A DNA stretch of 60,890 bases. Origin: Vicugna vicugna. Lineage: Eukaryota. The translations under genes were made by a program, and so were the position numbers. Positions within the stretch are counted from its first letter, which is position 1. Each line of letters begins with the position of its first letter. The notes under the pieces are model-generated. The model was not told the origin of the DNA. It was given only the letters and a program-made list of their open reading frames with translations, and did not search any database. The stretch covers positions 726,056-786,945 of the forward strand of contig MU058669.1 in the NCBI GenBank assembly GCA_013265495.1, given 5' to 3'. This document shows, one piece after another, positions 1 to 13,498 of this stretch.

Positions 1-439
1 AGGAAAAAAAAAGTTTAAAGTTCACACAGATCACCCTGGGCTTGTTTCTCAAAACATCTTACATATTTCCATAATATTCCATGAAAGTTGTTGGTACTTG
101 ACACATTTATCTTAAAGGAAAAGACAGATGGCATAATAAATACTGATGCCTATCAAAGTCTGAGATAACTCAGCCAGGCACGTAGCTAAAAAACTTCCAA
201 GCTGACGTCACTCAGAATTGATTTTCATATAGGCCAGGGGATTCCCAGGGGTCAATGATTCCATGCTCCTACTGAGGGTGGGTATTACCCGCTTACTGGC
301 TTTCTTTCTAATATCAGGGATCTCAGGAGAAAAGATGAATAGAATCAAAACTTCGGAATGAGAAACAATACAGAAAATGACCATTTCACTAATTCTCAAA
401 CTTGGTGTCACATTGACATCGTCTAGGGGGTTTTGGGGG

Positions 440-556
440 AAAAACAATGATGGTCGAGACCTACCTTGGGGATGTTGACTTCATAGGCGTGGTGTGTGTT
501 TTTAAAACTCCCCAGGTGATTCTAATATGCAAGCAAGGTGGAAACAGACTGATCTA
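440..556. mobile_element. MER5A-like hAT-Charlie fragment
   Basis: 'tttaaaactccccaggtgattctaatatgcaagcaaggtgg' resembles the MER5A end; boundaries approximate. Confidence 0.55.
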
Positions 557-2074
557 GTTTATTTAACTTTATAGAGAAAGTGAGGACTTATCATTGACTT
601 GCTTAAAGTTTTAGTTATCTGAGACCTAGTGCCAAAGTAGATGACCTTCTGACTGTGATTCCTCCTACCTCCTGCAGCGAGACTGTTTAAGACTGATGTC
701 ATTCCTACCCTTGCTCTGGGAACTGTGGTTCTCCCTTGTCCATCCTTGACATAACCAGCCATTCTTAAAGTTCATCCTTATAAGTTGTTCTTTAAACTGA
801 CACTCAGGGAGAAAAGGGTGAGTGAAAAGTGTCACCTCAGAGTCCCCCAGGATGATGCTTCAGAGACTCATTTTTCTAACAGTGATTACATCCTAACTTC
901 TCAGCCACTTGCTTTTCTAATAGAAGTCTGGCCAGCCTCTGCATGTCATAGAACAGCCTAATAAAAGCTCAGGCCTCAGTGATGACCTCATCCTTGCACA
1001 CATGCTAAGAGCAGAGTGACTGCCTTGCTGGGGAGGATGCACCCCCTGCATTGCCACATCTCTCAGCTGCTCGTTAATTCCAGTGAAATGTGCAAAGCCT
1101 GGAGGGCTGTGGTTTAAACACACCCTGTATTAGCACCACCGCTACAATTAGGAAAAATCAGCAGCTCTCCTAGGGCTACTAGTGGCGGGATTATTTTCCT
1201 TTAGGAGTGAGATGGTGGATAACAAAGAACCTGATTGTCCTTAATCTCAGTTGAGGGCTCAGGATCCAGTCTGTTTTCTCAGGCAGGGAGGAGGGACAGG
1301 GGATCTGGAACTGTTCAATATGGAATATTTCTTGGCTTTTATATTTTTGCTACTGTATGACAATTTCAGTTATACTCAAATGTTGTGGTTGCCTGAAGTC
1401 CTTTTCTGAGTCCCCAGCTTTCACGTCCTCTCCGTTTCCCTCAGTCTTCCTGGCCTTCTGGGCAAAAGTTCTGGTCTTTGGGTCTGTGATACTTGTATAT
1501 CCTTTGGTAGCAACGGTCTCCCCTTGGTTAATCTTTTCCTGTTTCAAGTCTGTTAAACATCACTTTCTCAGGAAGGCCTCTCTGTCCTGCCCCAGACCCC
1601 ACTCCCCAGTCAGGACTTGACAGCATTGGGCATTTTTCTTCATTGAGCATAGACCTATTGGTTTATTTTCTGTCTTCCCATTAAATTCTCAGCTTCCTGA
1701 GAACAGAAGCTGCGTCTGCTTTGTTCCTGACTGTATCCCCAGTGCTGAACGATGCCTAGCAGGCGGTGGTGCTCAGTTTGTCTTTGTGGAAGGATGCCTG
1801 CAGGGTGACACTTGTTTTGTGTCCTGCTTATGTGACATCCAAGGAGAAAGGGTCTCAACAATGCAGATGCAAAGGGTTACATACCATGGATGACCTCAAC
1901 AACTAGGTCAAAAAAACCTAAGGATAAGGGCTACATCTTACTTGTTTGTGTATTGTGGGTGGGGTTTTGAGGGGACATAGTAGGTGATAAAAATTACCTG
2001 TGGCCACGTGGTTGGGGAGGAGAGAGAAATTTATGAGAAGTGGTACCAGGAACCCAGGCTTTGCAGAGGCCATA

Positions 2075-2235
2075 TTGGAGGTCTAATTCCTGTTCCTCCA
2101 GCTCCTAGCTTGTGTGACCTTTTTAGAAAAACTACTTAGCCTCTCCCAACCCCTCTTGATTCATCTGCAGACTTGCAAGCACAGCACATTACAGGGTTAA
2201 TATACATAAAGTGCTCTGAACATGGACGTCACTAA
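2075..2235 (+). mobile_element. MIR SINE fragment
   Basis: MIR core-like 'agcttgtgtgacctt...ctacttagcctctc...catctg...aaagtgct'. Confidence 0.55.
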
Positions 2236-3509
2236 AAGATGTCTTTCCTTTTTTCCTCCCTTTCTTCTCTTTCTTTCCTTCCCCTCTTTCCCTTTTCTAG
2301 CCACTCTTCCTCTCTTTCTCTTTCCCACGTGGGGAAAGGGCTGGTTAAACACTGTTGGAAAATAGGAGGCTGATCATGAACTAGGTTTAGGGGCTCAAGG
2401 CTTTATGAATTGGCCACATATTATGACAAAAGAAAGAAACAAGAGGGAAGTTTCTTGCTAAAGGCCCTGGACACTGTCATTGTGGTCCTCTATGTGAGGC
2501 TGGAGACTGTACTTCTGAAAAGAGCTAGTCTGCCTTTGGAGACGGCAAAGTACAGAATAATAAAGAAAACTGCAAAGCTGGAAAGTCTGAGAGGCAAGCA
2601 AAATGTGTTGTACTTATCTCCTTTGGATAAGAGAAGAGTTGATGGACCTTTGAAAATTAGGGGCTGAGTTGATTAATAAAGACCAGAGAAGCATCTTTTC
2701 TGCAGATGGAAGATTAAAATTCTATGTGGAGACTTAGGGAGTTGGGCAGAAGTCATGTCAACCAATGGAATTTATTATAGAATAGTGGGATGAAAGACCT
2801 TGCATTAATGATTCCAAGAGATCTTGATGTTGGTTCTTGAGAAGGTCAATATCTTTGGAAAAGGAAGGGTGAGAGTGGTCCAAGGAGCTATGTCATGACT
2901 CAGTGACCTCTTATAAGGATTCTTGTCTTTACCTGAGCATTGCCACTTCAGCAGCAAATGTCAACATTGTACAGGTTTCAGAGGATCTTAGTCTTTAGCC
3001 ACCCTGGTACCACCAACTGGCACTGACTATAATCAGCATGATTAGTGGGACATGGTCATCATAGGAAGGGCTGGAAGTCCAGGTTTCCTGCTTGGTGGAT
3101 GCCTGGTCTCATCAGATCTTATGAGTACAAACAGATGGGACCAGAAGCACTTTTGATAATGTTATGTGTGCCTCCAGGCTGGGTGGTTTTGATGGTTGTG
3201 TTTGCTTAACCAAACAGCACCTCCTTCCCATGCCTCACATATCATCCTCCAAGAGATTTTCTCTAAATACAATTCCACATTAATTTTACTAATACTTACC
3301 CTATGTGTGTGTGATGCCCAAAGAGAAATCAGACCCAGCTTCTTACCTTAAGGAAATCACAATCCATATAGCTTAAAAAAACCTAGGACATGTAAGTGGG
3401 GGCTGTAAAAGGAATGTCTTAAGGAGGCTGTAGCTGGCCAATAATAATAATATTTCATATCATTCATCATATTATGAAATATTACTATAAATTCTCATTG
3501 TTGTTATTA

Positions 3510-3735
3510 TTTATCAAGGGCTTCCTATGGCCCAAGCAACTTCCCAAGCTCTTTATATCCACTCTTATCATGTAATTTTGTGAGGTAAGTACTACAACTA
3601 TCCCCATTTTATAGAAAATGAGGATTGCAGAGCCATTGAAATGTGTCCAAGATGACAGTTAACAGGTGGCACAGGCAGGATTTGTGCTCAGACATCCAGT
3701 CTCCAGAGCCTGGCTTTAGACCACTGTACTGCACT
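3510..3735 (-). mobile_element. MIR SINE
   Basis: 'tgaggtaagtactacaactatccccattttatagaaaatgagg...caggatttgtgctcag...tccagagcc' matches an antisense MIR. Confidence 0.65.
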
Positions 3736-4914
3736 GCGTTCTTAGGGAATATGTGGTGTGTACTGGGCCAATCCTAGAACCATCCCATGGGGATGGTTTT
3801 AGGGGGTTTTGTTCACCTAGTTCTTCTCCTCTTCCCCTCACTGCCTCTGGAAGAGCCTTTCCTCACTTTGGAGGGTAAGACAGGAGAGTCTTTCAGCTTA
3901 TGTTTTAGATGGTATTGGCAAAGAAAGCTTTATTTAGGATCTAGAAGGCCAAGTTCCTTGGAAGCCTACATCCGAGGCCCATGCTTTTGCTGTGCTTTGT
4001 CCTTTTTGAGAAGACCTGGATTTGGGTGAGCTGGTCAAGGGTAGGACTAAGGTGTTCCTAGGACCCATGACCAAATACCATCACACTACCCTCCCTTAAT
4101 TATTCCTTGTTATTGTATCTTAGGAAGCTGGCTTTTAAATGGGTCCTGTGGGACAGAAGACAGGAAGAGGGATTGGCCTGCATAAAGACACATGGGTGGA
4201 AAGCATGAGGTGGGTGGCTGGAGTACGGAACATGTAAGGAGAGCAGATTGCCTGGGAGGGGAAAGGAAGCTAGAACCATGACGTGGGATTGCTGAATGCC
4301 AGGACAGAAGGCCCTCCTCCCCCAGCTCCCTCTCCCTGTGTGCAGTACTGAGTGCAGAGTTTCCAAACAGGGGAAGCAGATGTCCAACAGTGTCTTCTCC
4401 AAGAGGGACCCTGGAGGTATATGTAGAGCTGATGCCTAAGACAGGGAGAGGGTTGACAGGAGGCTACAGTTGTGATCCACCAGTGGGTACGCTGAGCTTG
4501 GGAGTGACTGCATGTTGAAAAAAGGGCTTCTTAGGGCATATTCTAGGAGAGCAAATCCTACCAATGACTCTTAGTCTAGTCAAGTCAAGGTCACAGCGTA
4601 GGGCACATTGCTCAGAAGAACTGTGCTTCTTTCCGCTTCTGTTGGTACGAATCCCACTTGTCCTTCCTCTTAATTTCTGCTCCTTCCTAGAAGCCTTCTC
4701 TATTTTCTCCCTCCTCTATCCCTAGAGGTCTTCCTGTCTAAACCATAGTTAGGTTCCCTGGGTACTTTTTCTGTGTCACTCTTTGTTAAAAATGCTGAAG
4801 GTTACAGACTGCCCTTTAGTCCTCTCTGCCTCCTCATGATGTCTTGCTTATGGTGTTGCTTACAGGAGTAACACTTCCATAAATATTTTCTTATTGAAAG
4901 TAAATGACGAAATG

Positions 4915-5480
4915 GGAGGGACCATGGAGGTCATTCAATCCAGACTCCCTTTGGATACTTGAATCCATATCCTTGTCAAGAGTTACTCAGCCTCTATGGC
5001 TATACCTCCAGTAATGGGGTGCTTGGTACTTATTGAAACAGTCCATCCCATTTTGGAGTAGCTCTGAAAGAAAAGTAGATCTCACTTACTGTGTTCATAT
5101 CTGTTCTCCATAGCTTTTAGTCACTAGTTCTTGTTGTATACCTTGGGACTGCACAGAATTAAATTCTTTTCTTTACCCCTTGAAATGTCTTCATGTTTTT
5201 ATAGACAGCTCTCATATCTTCCATAATTCTTCCCTTTTCCAATTAGTTGCCTTCAACTGTATTTGATGTGGTTTGGGGTTATCTGTTTAATCCGCTTACC
5301 ATTCTCTGGGCATGGTCCTCTTTGCCAAAGTCCATCTTACCATATGGTGGCCAAGAAAAGACCTAATTCGTCAAGCATGGCAAGACCATCCACCCTGCAG
5401 AGGGAAGATAGCCCTTCCCCTGTCTTGGGAGCTCCACTTCAGTTAATGCAACCTCAGGGAGAAACCACCTCTGTAGTAAT
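4915..5480 (-). mobile_element. L3/CR1 LINE 3' fragment
   Basis: 'gggaccatggaggtcattcaatcc...cagcctct...acctccagtaatggggtgct...cccattttggagtagctctg' is the reverse complement of the L3 3' end. Confidence 0.65.
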
Positions 5481-5785
5481 CACTCTTGCCTCACACTGTC
5501 TTGACTGTCCCCTTAAACCCTCAACTTTTAATCTCATTCCCCATCTCTGGCTGATGCATTTGTTTTTTTCAGGCCTTATGTTTACCCTGGCATATGCCAT
5601 CTTCCTTCTTTTCTCACAGCTGCCACTTTCCCTGTCACCTTCCTCATAAAAGCTGTCTATCATCCCCTGCCTTGGGCTGGCCTCAACCTCCTGTTACTCT
5701 CTCCTCTTTCTAGTAAAGGAACTCCCAGGAAACCCAGCTATATCACAGAACAGGTTAGGAAAAAGGCCTGGGAAGACGATGCCAC

Positions 5786-5920
5786 CTTCATCCTCTTGGA
5801 TTCGCTACGGGATTTGTAGCAGAACTCGATTAAGGCAACCAGCATGGCTAGTCCAAGCCCTCCAATCAGGATGTAGAACACGCCAGCCACATTGCTGAGG
5901 CTCAGAGCGCTCGTCTTGTC
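5786..5920 (-). CDS. GRIA1: GRIA1 penultimate exon, 135 nt: M4 helix and membrane-proximal C-tail
   Basis: Translates [45 protein letters not shown]. Polypyrimidine tract plus TAG acceptor, donor [18 protein letters not shown] is GluA1-type. Confidence 0.96.
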
Positions 5921-6112
5921 CTAGGAAGGGGAGGCAGGAAAGGAGGGGCAGGGGGAAAGAGTAAAGTGAGTCAACAGGCTAGAGACCAGCTAAGTAACAG
6001 CATTTTAACACACATACACTCAACCCCCATCGCCCTCTTTAACATTCGTAATAATGGAAAGGCTTTATGTTCATTGACAATGTTAAACATTCCCCAGGAT
6101 AAAATGCATACA

Positions 6113-6114
<2 letters not shown>

Positions 6115-6143
<29 letters not shown>
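6115..6143. repeat. (TG)n microsatellite
   Basis: Uninterrupted TG run about 200 nt upstream (gene sense) of the M4 exon. Confidence 0.95.
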
Positions 6144-6145
<2 letters not shown>

Positions 6146-9100
6146 CAATTTTCCAAGCATCCCTGATTGTATTTAATTTATAATTATATTTGCCCTCTTC
6201 CCCAATGCCTGGACTAGGGTGGGAGATGCCTCAAGAAATTCAGGGCAGCTTCTACCAAGATCTGCACCCTTGAGCTTACCCCATTCTTTCAGTCCCTCCC
6301 TTTTCAGTTCAGTTCTTGCCCCCATCCCCTCTGTTGCTCAGCAACATATTGGCCTCCCTTTTTGTTTATGCCGAAACATTTTTTTCTGAAAGTTGGTACA
6401 TAAAATGAACTTTCCCCTAGATGTGCATTTGATTTCAATTTAATAAGACAGCTATTGTACGTATAATAAAGATCAACCAATGTATCCAATGTATACCTTT
6501 AACTTACTGTGCTGAGTCCCAACTGAGGGAAAAAGAAAAGTAGTGGGGGGGCTTGGAATAGAAAAAAGGTACTGAGATAGAAAAATGGCTCTATTGAATC
6601 CTAATAATTATGCTTAATTGGAATCATTTTTCTGGTGGAAGTGCTTGCTAAAAAACACCGTAGGCAGACTCAGATGGCTACATTTAGAAATCTCTGTTGC
6701 TTGCGGTAAAAGGTCTTGCACTGATTGTGGATGAACAGGATCATGGAGCAGGATGCTTAATTCCTGGGGTCCTGAGGACAAGTGTCCATGTCCAACAGGA
6801 AGTGGACAGAGCTCATGTCATGGAGCCTGAGAAAGGTCATCAGTTGGTGTGACCATCCCTGAGTTCTGTCAACTCCAGTGGGTTTAAGAGTGGGGGACTG
6901 AGAGCAACCAAACAAAACTGGTGGTCATGGGGGCAGGTAATGGCTCAGGGAGAGGGGGCTACTGCTCAAATTCTTGACACAGAAAAGAGAACATCTTTAA
7001 ATCTTGGAAGAATACTCATCTCCAAATGTCATGGTAGCTCAAACACTTTTGTTTATATTGTTGGCTCAGGTACACATTTCTCATCAACTTTAAATGGAAT
7101 GCACGTCTCAACTGGCACAGGCACACAGCATGGTGTGTTGGTGGCACCAGGTAGGATACAGCTTTTACATCTCTCCATGTGTTCTTTTTTCAGGTGGGGA
7201 TGTAGGCAAACCATGCAAAGGTGAACTGTCATGCCCTAGGGACTCCTCTGACATCTGCCTATTAGAATATGGGTATGTGGAAAGGGTCAGTAATTGACTG
7301 AGTCAGTGGCCTCCGCCCTAGTTCTACTTGGTGCATTGTACAGGATTCAGCAGGGCTGAGCTTGGGGACTGCAGCTGGCAAATAGCAGTGTGCCTTCCCT
7401 CCCCAGAAGCAGCCTTGGCCGGCAGAGCTGTAAGATTATCTAAACTATACCCCTTTGGTGGCTTCCTGTATTGCTAAAGCAGATGGCTCTTGAATATGGG
7501 TTACACTTGGCAAGGCATAGTCTGGCTTGGGAAGCAGTGGAAATGATTATTCAAAGGGGTAAAATTTCTCCTGCTCTGGCATAATGGCCTGATAAGGGAA
7601 ATGCACAAAAATGAGTTTGGTGCTTTGTTACTTGTCTGAACAAGTAAGTCCGAACTTGGCTTGATTTTTCAGAATGCTCAAAATGTCTCCCTGTTTGTTG
7701 TTCGTGAGTTCTGAATTCTGCTTCTGGAAAGTAAGTCTTTAGGGTTCTTGGAGGACTTACGGTTTGTAGAAGTTCCTATAAAACTCTACTAGGGGTGCGG
7801 TGGGAAGGCATGTTAATATATTATCAGCTCACACCTTAGAAGAGAGTGGTTGACAGTGATGCTCAGAGGGAGTGGATGGGGAGCAGGCCTGGGGGAAGGT
7901 GGTAGACCAGAAAGCTGGGAAAAAAGTATTGAGTCTTGTTGATGTCACAGGCTGCTGATCAGCCTTTCAGTAGCTGATGTGCATTTTGCCTCCTTGGTCA
8001 CCAGGGCTGTTTCTGTTTGCTTCTTCATGGGCTTTTCGAGTTCATCTTGGTTGTGGATTGTCTTCAAGGATAAGGGAGTGGTGGGCATCTTTTTTTGTTA
8101 TTATTTTCAAAAGACCCTACTTAAGAGGGCATCTGTCTACCTGACTGTAGAAGGTGGAGTGTCCATTTCTGATATACCTGGGAGGAAAATAGGGTCAGAT
8201 CTTCATATGGACGTGGGAGCAGAAGGCATATTTTACGTACCTGCAGAAGGAGAGAGGTCCAGTGACTGAGCATTTGATTATGTCCGAAGGTGAAAAGCAT
8301 CCCCCAGTTCTGAAGGAGGTCTCTGGTCCATAGAGATGGCAGCGTATGTCTTTGGGGGAACATATCCCATACAAACAAATAGGGAAACCAGATGGTGTGG
8401 GGACTGCTGCCTCTTGCAGGACACAGTGCTACTGGTCCTTGTTCATGTTGACACAATTCTGAGAAGACCTCTGGGATCAAGGAGGCTCCTGGGCCCTATC
8501 ACCACCAGTATCAGAAAGGAAACTTAAATGAAGCACTGCTGTCTAAATTTGGCATAATTCAATAGGGTGTAGAATGAAGGACTCATGTTGGTGTCTTCTT
8601 AGCCCAAGCAGTTGAGGAATTTACATCTAGGCAGGGTGTATAATTTTCCTCACATGTGCCATTCATTGGCTTTTTGATAGCATCATATTTAGTCCTTTCT
8701 AAAGAGGCCCAAGGCCACGGTCCTCTGCTGAGTTGCTATTACTAACTCTATTTGACTCGTTCTGTTGGAATATGACTATCTTGGGGTATGAATAAAAATC
8801 TCTTTTATTTAAGACTAGAGCTCTGATTCCTCAGTGTCCATGTAAGAGGGGACTTTCTCATGCACTTGTGGGCAAAAAGCTATGTTCATGTTTCACGGGC
8901 AAGCTGCAAGCTTCCCGGCTTTGACCAGGGAGGCAGAAAGACAGAATCCGAGTCTTCTGAGCACCTCTCTGGGAGACCCGTTCTCCTCCCCTCCCTTAGC
9001 AGCTGTGCTCCCCAAACCAGGCAGCTTGTTGGTGGGAGTGAAAAACTCACAAGTTGTCTTCCGCCAGGAGTGGGGAAAGAGAGTGACGGTATTGAGAAGA

Positions 9101-9949
9101 ATGGCAGGTGAAAAGAAACACAAAAATTCCGCCTTTCAGAGTCGTTCGGCTTGTTGTTATGGTGACGAGGCCCTCCTTCATCTGTTCCCATTAACCTGTT
9201 GTCTTGATTTGCCGCCTTCCCCATGTGCAAGAGAGATTTTTTTTTCTTTTTCCTATTTTTTCTTGCTCTTCCCGCATAATGGGGGACTGTCTCAGACTCC
9301 CTCTGTATTTCTGAGCTGACTTCCCTTCCCAGAATGCGCGGCTGGCTTGAATCTTTGTGAGGAGGGTTGAGCCAGGTCTGAGGCAGAGAGACTTGACGCT
9401 TTTTAATGGCACATGTAGACAGTTCTAAGGAGAAGCCAAGGCCTTTGGCTGTAAGACCAGTCCCTCCCATGGAGACTGGTGCTGCCTGTCATTGCAAGGC
9501 CTACGAAATCTAGACCAAGCTTCAGTTTTCTCCAAATACTCCCATTCCTTCTTATCTTCCTGGTGTGAGTGCTTAAAATCCTATGTAGTAAAGGCTGTAG
9601 CTTCTGCTCTCCTCTGCATTCCAGAGATTTTCTGATGCTGGACAACTGGAGTTTTAGAGGCTGCTTGCAGTCCTTCCTCATGTGGAATCTGTAACCTGAC
9701 TGTGCCTTTCATGGCTGTAAGAATAGTCCAGCCGTTCTTCCATGTATTAGCCTTCCTGCTATAGTAGGCTTTCTCTCGTGCCTTCCCAAAACGTCTCTCT
9801 TTGACCTATGACCATTTTCCTGGGTTCTTGCCTATTTCCTAGGAGTGGAGACTGAGTGGTTGGTTGGGCTCACTCACAAGCTAGGATCAAAGTGAGGGAG
9901 TTGTGGGAAGATGGGTTTTTTTGAAAAATTTTGAATTTTTTTATTGAAT

Positions 9950-10138
9950 GAAAGAAAGACCTTTCAACTCAGCAGAGCTGTCCAAAAGTGGAACGCCCTG
10001 CTCTGGATAGGGGTGAGCTCCTCAAACGTGGATGTAGTCAGGAAGAAGCTGATGAGGTCATCAAAGGAATTCAAACTCTGGACAGAGGGTTATACCAAGT
10101 GACCTTTAACACTCATCCCGACCTCAAGAGATTTGAGG
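9950..10138 (+). mobile_element. L3/CR1 LINE 3' end
   Basis: 'agagctgtccaaaagtggaacgccctgc...gtgagctcc...gggttataccaagtgaccttt' resembles the L3 terminal region. Confidence 0.6.
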
Positions 10139-12458
10139 CAGGTAAGGAATTCGTAGAGGGCCTGGGATCATGCCTTTTATAAATTCTCCCTAGAGACTAG
10201 CCTCTTTAGGGGATGCAGAAAAAGAACCCTTGTTAATTGGCAACTTCTGCTGTTCCATTTCCAATCTAGGCCAGTTCCCTAGCCTGCATATTTTCCCCAA
10301 GAGCAACACAGGATGAGAATTGGCCCATTGTACTAATAATTGGCAAGGCAAATGCTGCAAAAGCGAGGGTTGTGGGGGCGGCTCTCCTCAGCAGTGTGTG
10401 CTCAGGGACCGGCTGCTGTACAATGCACGGCAGAACATTCTGACTCGAAACAGAACTGCAGCAGAGCACTCAGGGAGTGGATGTGGGCTGTGAAGGCGAA
10501 CCCAAGTGCTGGCTGAGGCTGAGACCTCTTCCAGGGTGGGAGGAATTTTCCAAAACAGAAGCATCAGCCTGAGGGTAAAGTGGGCTTTGCCATAGGGCGC
10601 CTTTCACTGTGAGTGCTCTGCGTGGACTGTGCTTTGGAAAGCAGGGGTCTTATGTGTCGGAGGGAACCTGAGCTTGCTGTCCTCAGAGGTGCTTCTGGCT
10701 CACGGCCACAGAGAAAGAGTTTGAAAGCAAAAATCTTTGTTTCTGTCTAGTCTCTTCTCCTAAGGCAGTGATGGGAGATTAAAGCTGTGTGGCTTAGGGA
10801 CACATCTAGGGCAGGGCTTAGGGTGTTTCAGCACTCGTCTGCTCTGGGTGATTGCTGTATGTTGGATGTGTCATCCTGGAGCACACATAACTCCCAGGAG
10901 ATTGACTCTGAAGTCACTGGTTCCCTCAAGGCCAGTGCCTACCCTGCCTTACAGAGATCGGGAACCCTGACACTGTGCAGGATGCTTGGCTGGAGTGGGT
11001 GAAATGGAATGCCTTCTGCATCTCTTTGTTTCAAGGATTCCCTCCCTCAATCCTTGTCCCTCTGACATCGCCTCCTGGGGGTGTCTAGTGTAGGAGTCTG
11101 CAGTGGGTAGGTGAGGGAGTGAGAAGGGCAGAGAGTCACTGTATAATGGCAGATCTTCTGGGTGGCCAATGCTCTTTACCTGTGACAGGGGCAGGGATGG
11201 GGGTTTGTACACACTGCAAGGACATAGTTGGCAGTTTGCATTCTTTCGCCATCCAGGCCTTGCTGAGAGTGGCGGTGGAAAGATGAGTAAGGACAGAGTG
11301 AATGGACTTCCCTGCTGGTGATGGGGCTGTGTGACAGAGTGGAAAGAGGTAGGGCAGGGAGACAGGATATTGAAGCTGAGTTCCTGCCCAGGGTTGTCAC
11401 TGAGTCAGTGGGCAGTCTTGCAGGGATCAGTAGGGGAGTGTTGCCCCCTCTGGATGTTATGGGAGATGGTATTAGATGATACACAGACTTCATGACCCTG
11501 ATCAGAGAGTGAGGACATCATTCCCTTTTCAGTTTTCTTTGTACCTTTCTGATTAAACCAGTGGGATAGTCTCATTTGGGTGCTGGTTTGACTTTAACAC
11601 CTCTTATCATTTGCTCCTTTCCCTTTTCAAGAGAGATCAAGCCTCTGTTGTAAAAATAATTATAATTTGAATGTTTTTGTTGTCATTGTATTTATTTTGG
11701 TGACTGCCTTCTATGTTTTTCAAGAAATACTGCTTTTCTATTTATGATAACAATGCTGCTACTTTTTATATGGATGAAATTAAAGTAATAACAAAAGTGA
11801 TAAACACCTGGAGCAACTAGTAACACAGGTGGTATGGGGAAGTGTGAAGTTTTGGCAACGTGGAATTAAATCCTCTCTAGGCTCTCTTGCAGCTCTGAAG
11901 CCAGTGATTTGTGGTAGAGGCAATGTCTCTGGGTCATGAGATTATCTTCCTTAAACTCATCTGAAAGTCACACTTGTACCTGGATGGAGAGCCCCACTTG
12001 AGGGGCCAATGGCCTTTGACTCTACAAACGAAGTGGCACCTTCACTTTAAGGGTAAGGGATGATGCCAGAAGCTTGATGCCTGATTCGTCAGAACAAAAA
12101 AATTTAAAAGAGGAAGCTCAGTAGTTCCTGAACAGGATCCAGGCCGCCCTTTGGGGTAAATGCTTAGGAGTGGCAGAAGGACCATTTCAGGTTGTGTGTC
12201 TGATTGCCCTGTCCTGTGGCAGAAAGCAGCTGTTGTGTGTGACAGCGTTGTACACACCTCCTCACCGGTTTGTGTCTGCTTTCCAGAACACAGTGGATAA
12301 AGGGGTCTCTTGAAGAGCTAGGGTCAGATTTGGTGGGGTTGGGAAACACCTTCATACCACTATTCAATATTCAAGATTTCAACCCTCCCTGGACTATTAG
12401 GCATCAAGGCCCTGCTGGGGCCCAGTTCTCTAATGTCTCCAAGCCTCACTGAGGCTCA

Positions 12459-12641
<183 letters not shown>

Positions 12642-13354
12642 TCAACCAGGGGGGGAAATAACATAAATAACATTACCAATGTTATTTTATGTTATTCAGC
12701 AGACAGTATTCATTCACATCATTCATTGAACAAGAGCATATGCACTGACAAAGTGATACTCTAAAATACTCCATCTGGCCCCACCCCACCATGTCACTGC
12801 CCACCCAATGCACTCACACAGTTCTTCCTCTAGCATAGCAAGATGAGTATCACTATATCACTTTGAGTAACCAGCAACGTCCACCATCTGCTGCTAAAGA
12901 TACTGACCAAAGTCCAGCTGCCATGGGTGCCTGGGGACCCTCCCTGTCCACAGGCTCTCTGGCTGCTGCTGACCCAGCCTTGGAGTGTATCTCAGACTTT
13001 GCTTCCATGTCTGGGATCCAGAGCAAGCCCTCTGAGAGAAGGGTAGCCCATAGACACCTACTCCACCCTCACAAGTGGAAGGAGGTGGAGCATTCCTGGC
13101 AGAGAAGGTCCAGGCATACATCCTTATGTCCTGGTTATGGGACCAGACAGGCTGCTGGGGTTGTAGGGACTGGAAATTGTGGTAGACCAGAAGGCCCCTT
13201 GGAATAGAAGTAGAGGAGAGTTTGATGCTACTTCTATTTGTTCAAGGAGCTTCCTTTTGATGTTGATTTTTCCTTTTCTTTTTTGTGTTAGGAAGCGTGA
13301 TGGGTTTTGGAAGAACAGTTGCTGGTTACCAGCCATGCTGTTTCATAACCGCTA

Positions 13355-13498
<144 letters not shown>

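Noticed and set aside
1..5700. GRIA1 terminal exon (GFCLIPQQ...ATGL)
   Set aside because: No matching sequence found; it presumably lies beyond position 1.
7940..8480. Protein-like minus-strand frame with several stops, possibly a processed pseudogene
   Set aside because: No identifiable parent, polyA tail or TSD; BLASTX would be needed.
8886..9470. Longest ORF in the window (194 aa, minus strand) and overlapping ORFs
   Set aside because: No recognisable domain, low-complexity K run from a T tract, and intronic position; consistent with chance.
9988..10182. 64-aa ORF that looks like a Tx1/ZCCHC3-type ORF1 fragment, with a plus-strand CAG|GTAAGG donor
   Set aside because: The DNA is better explained as an L3/CR1 3' end. 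The ORF has a GTG start and no supporting acceptor or partner exon.
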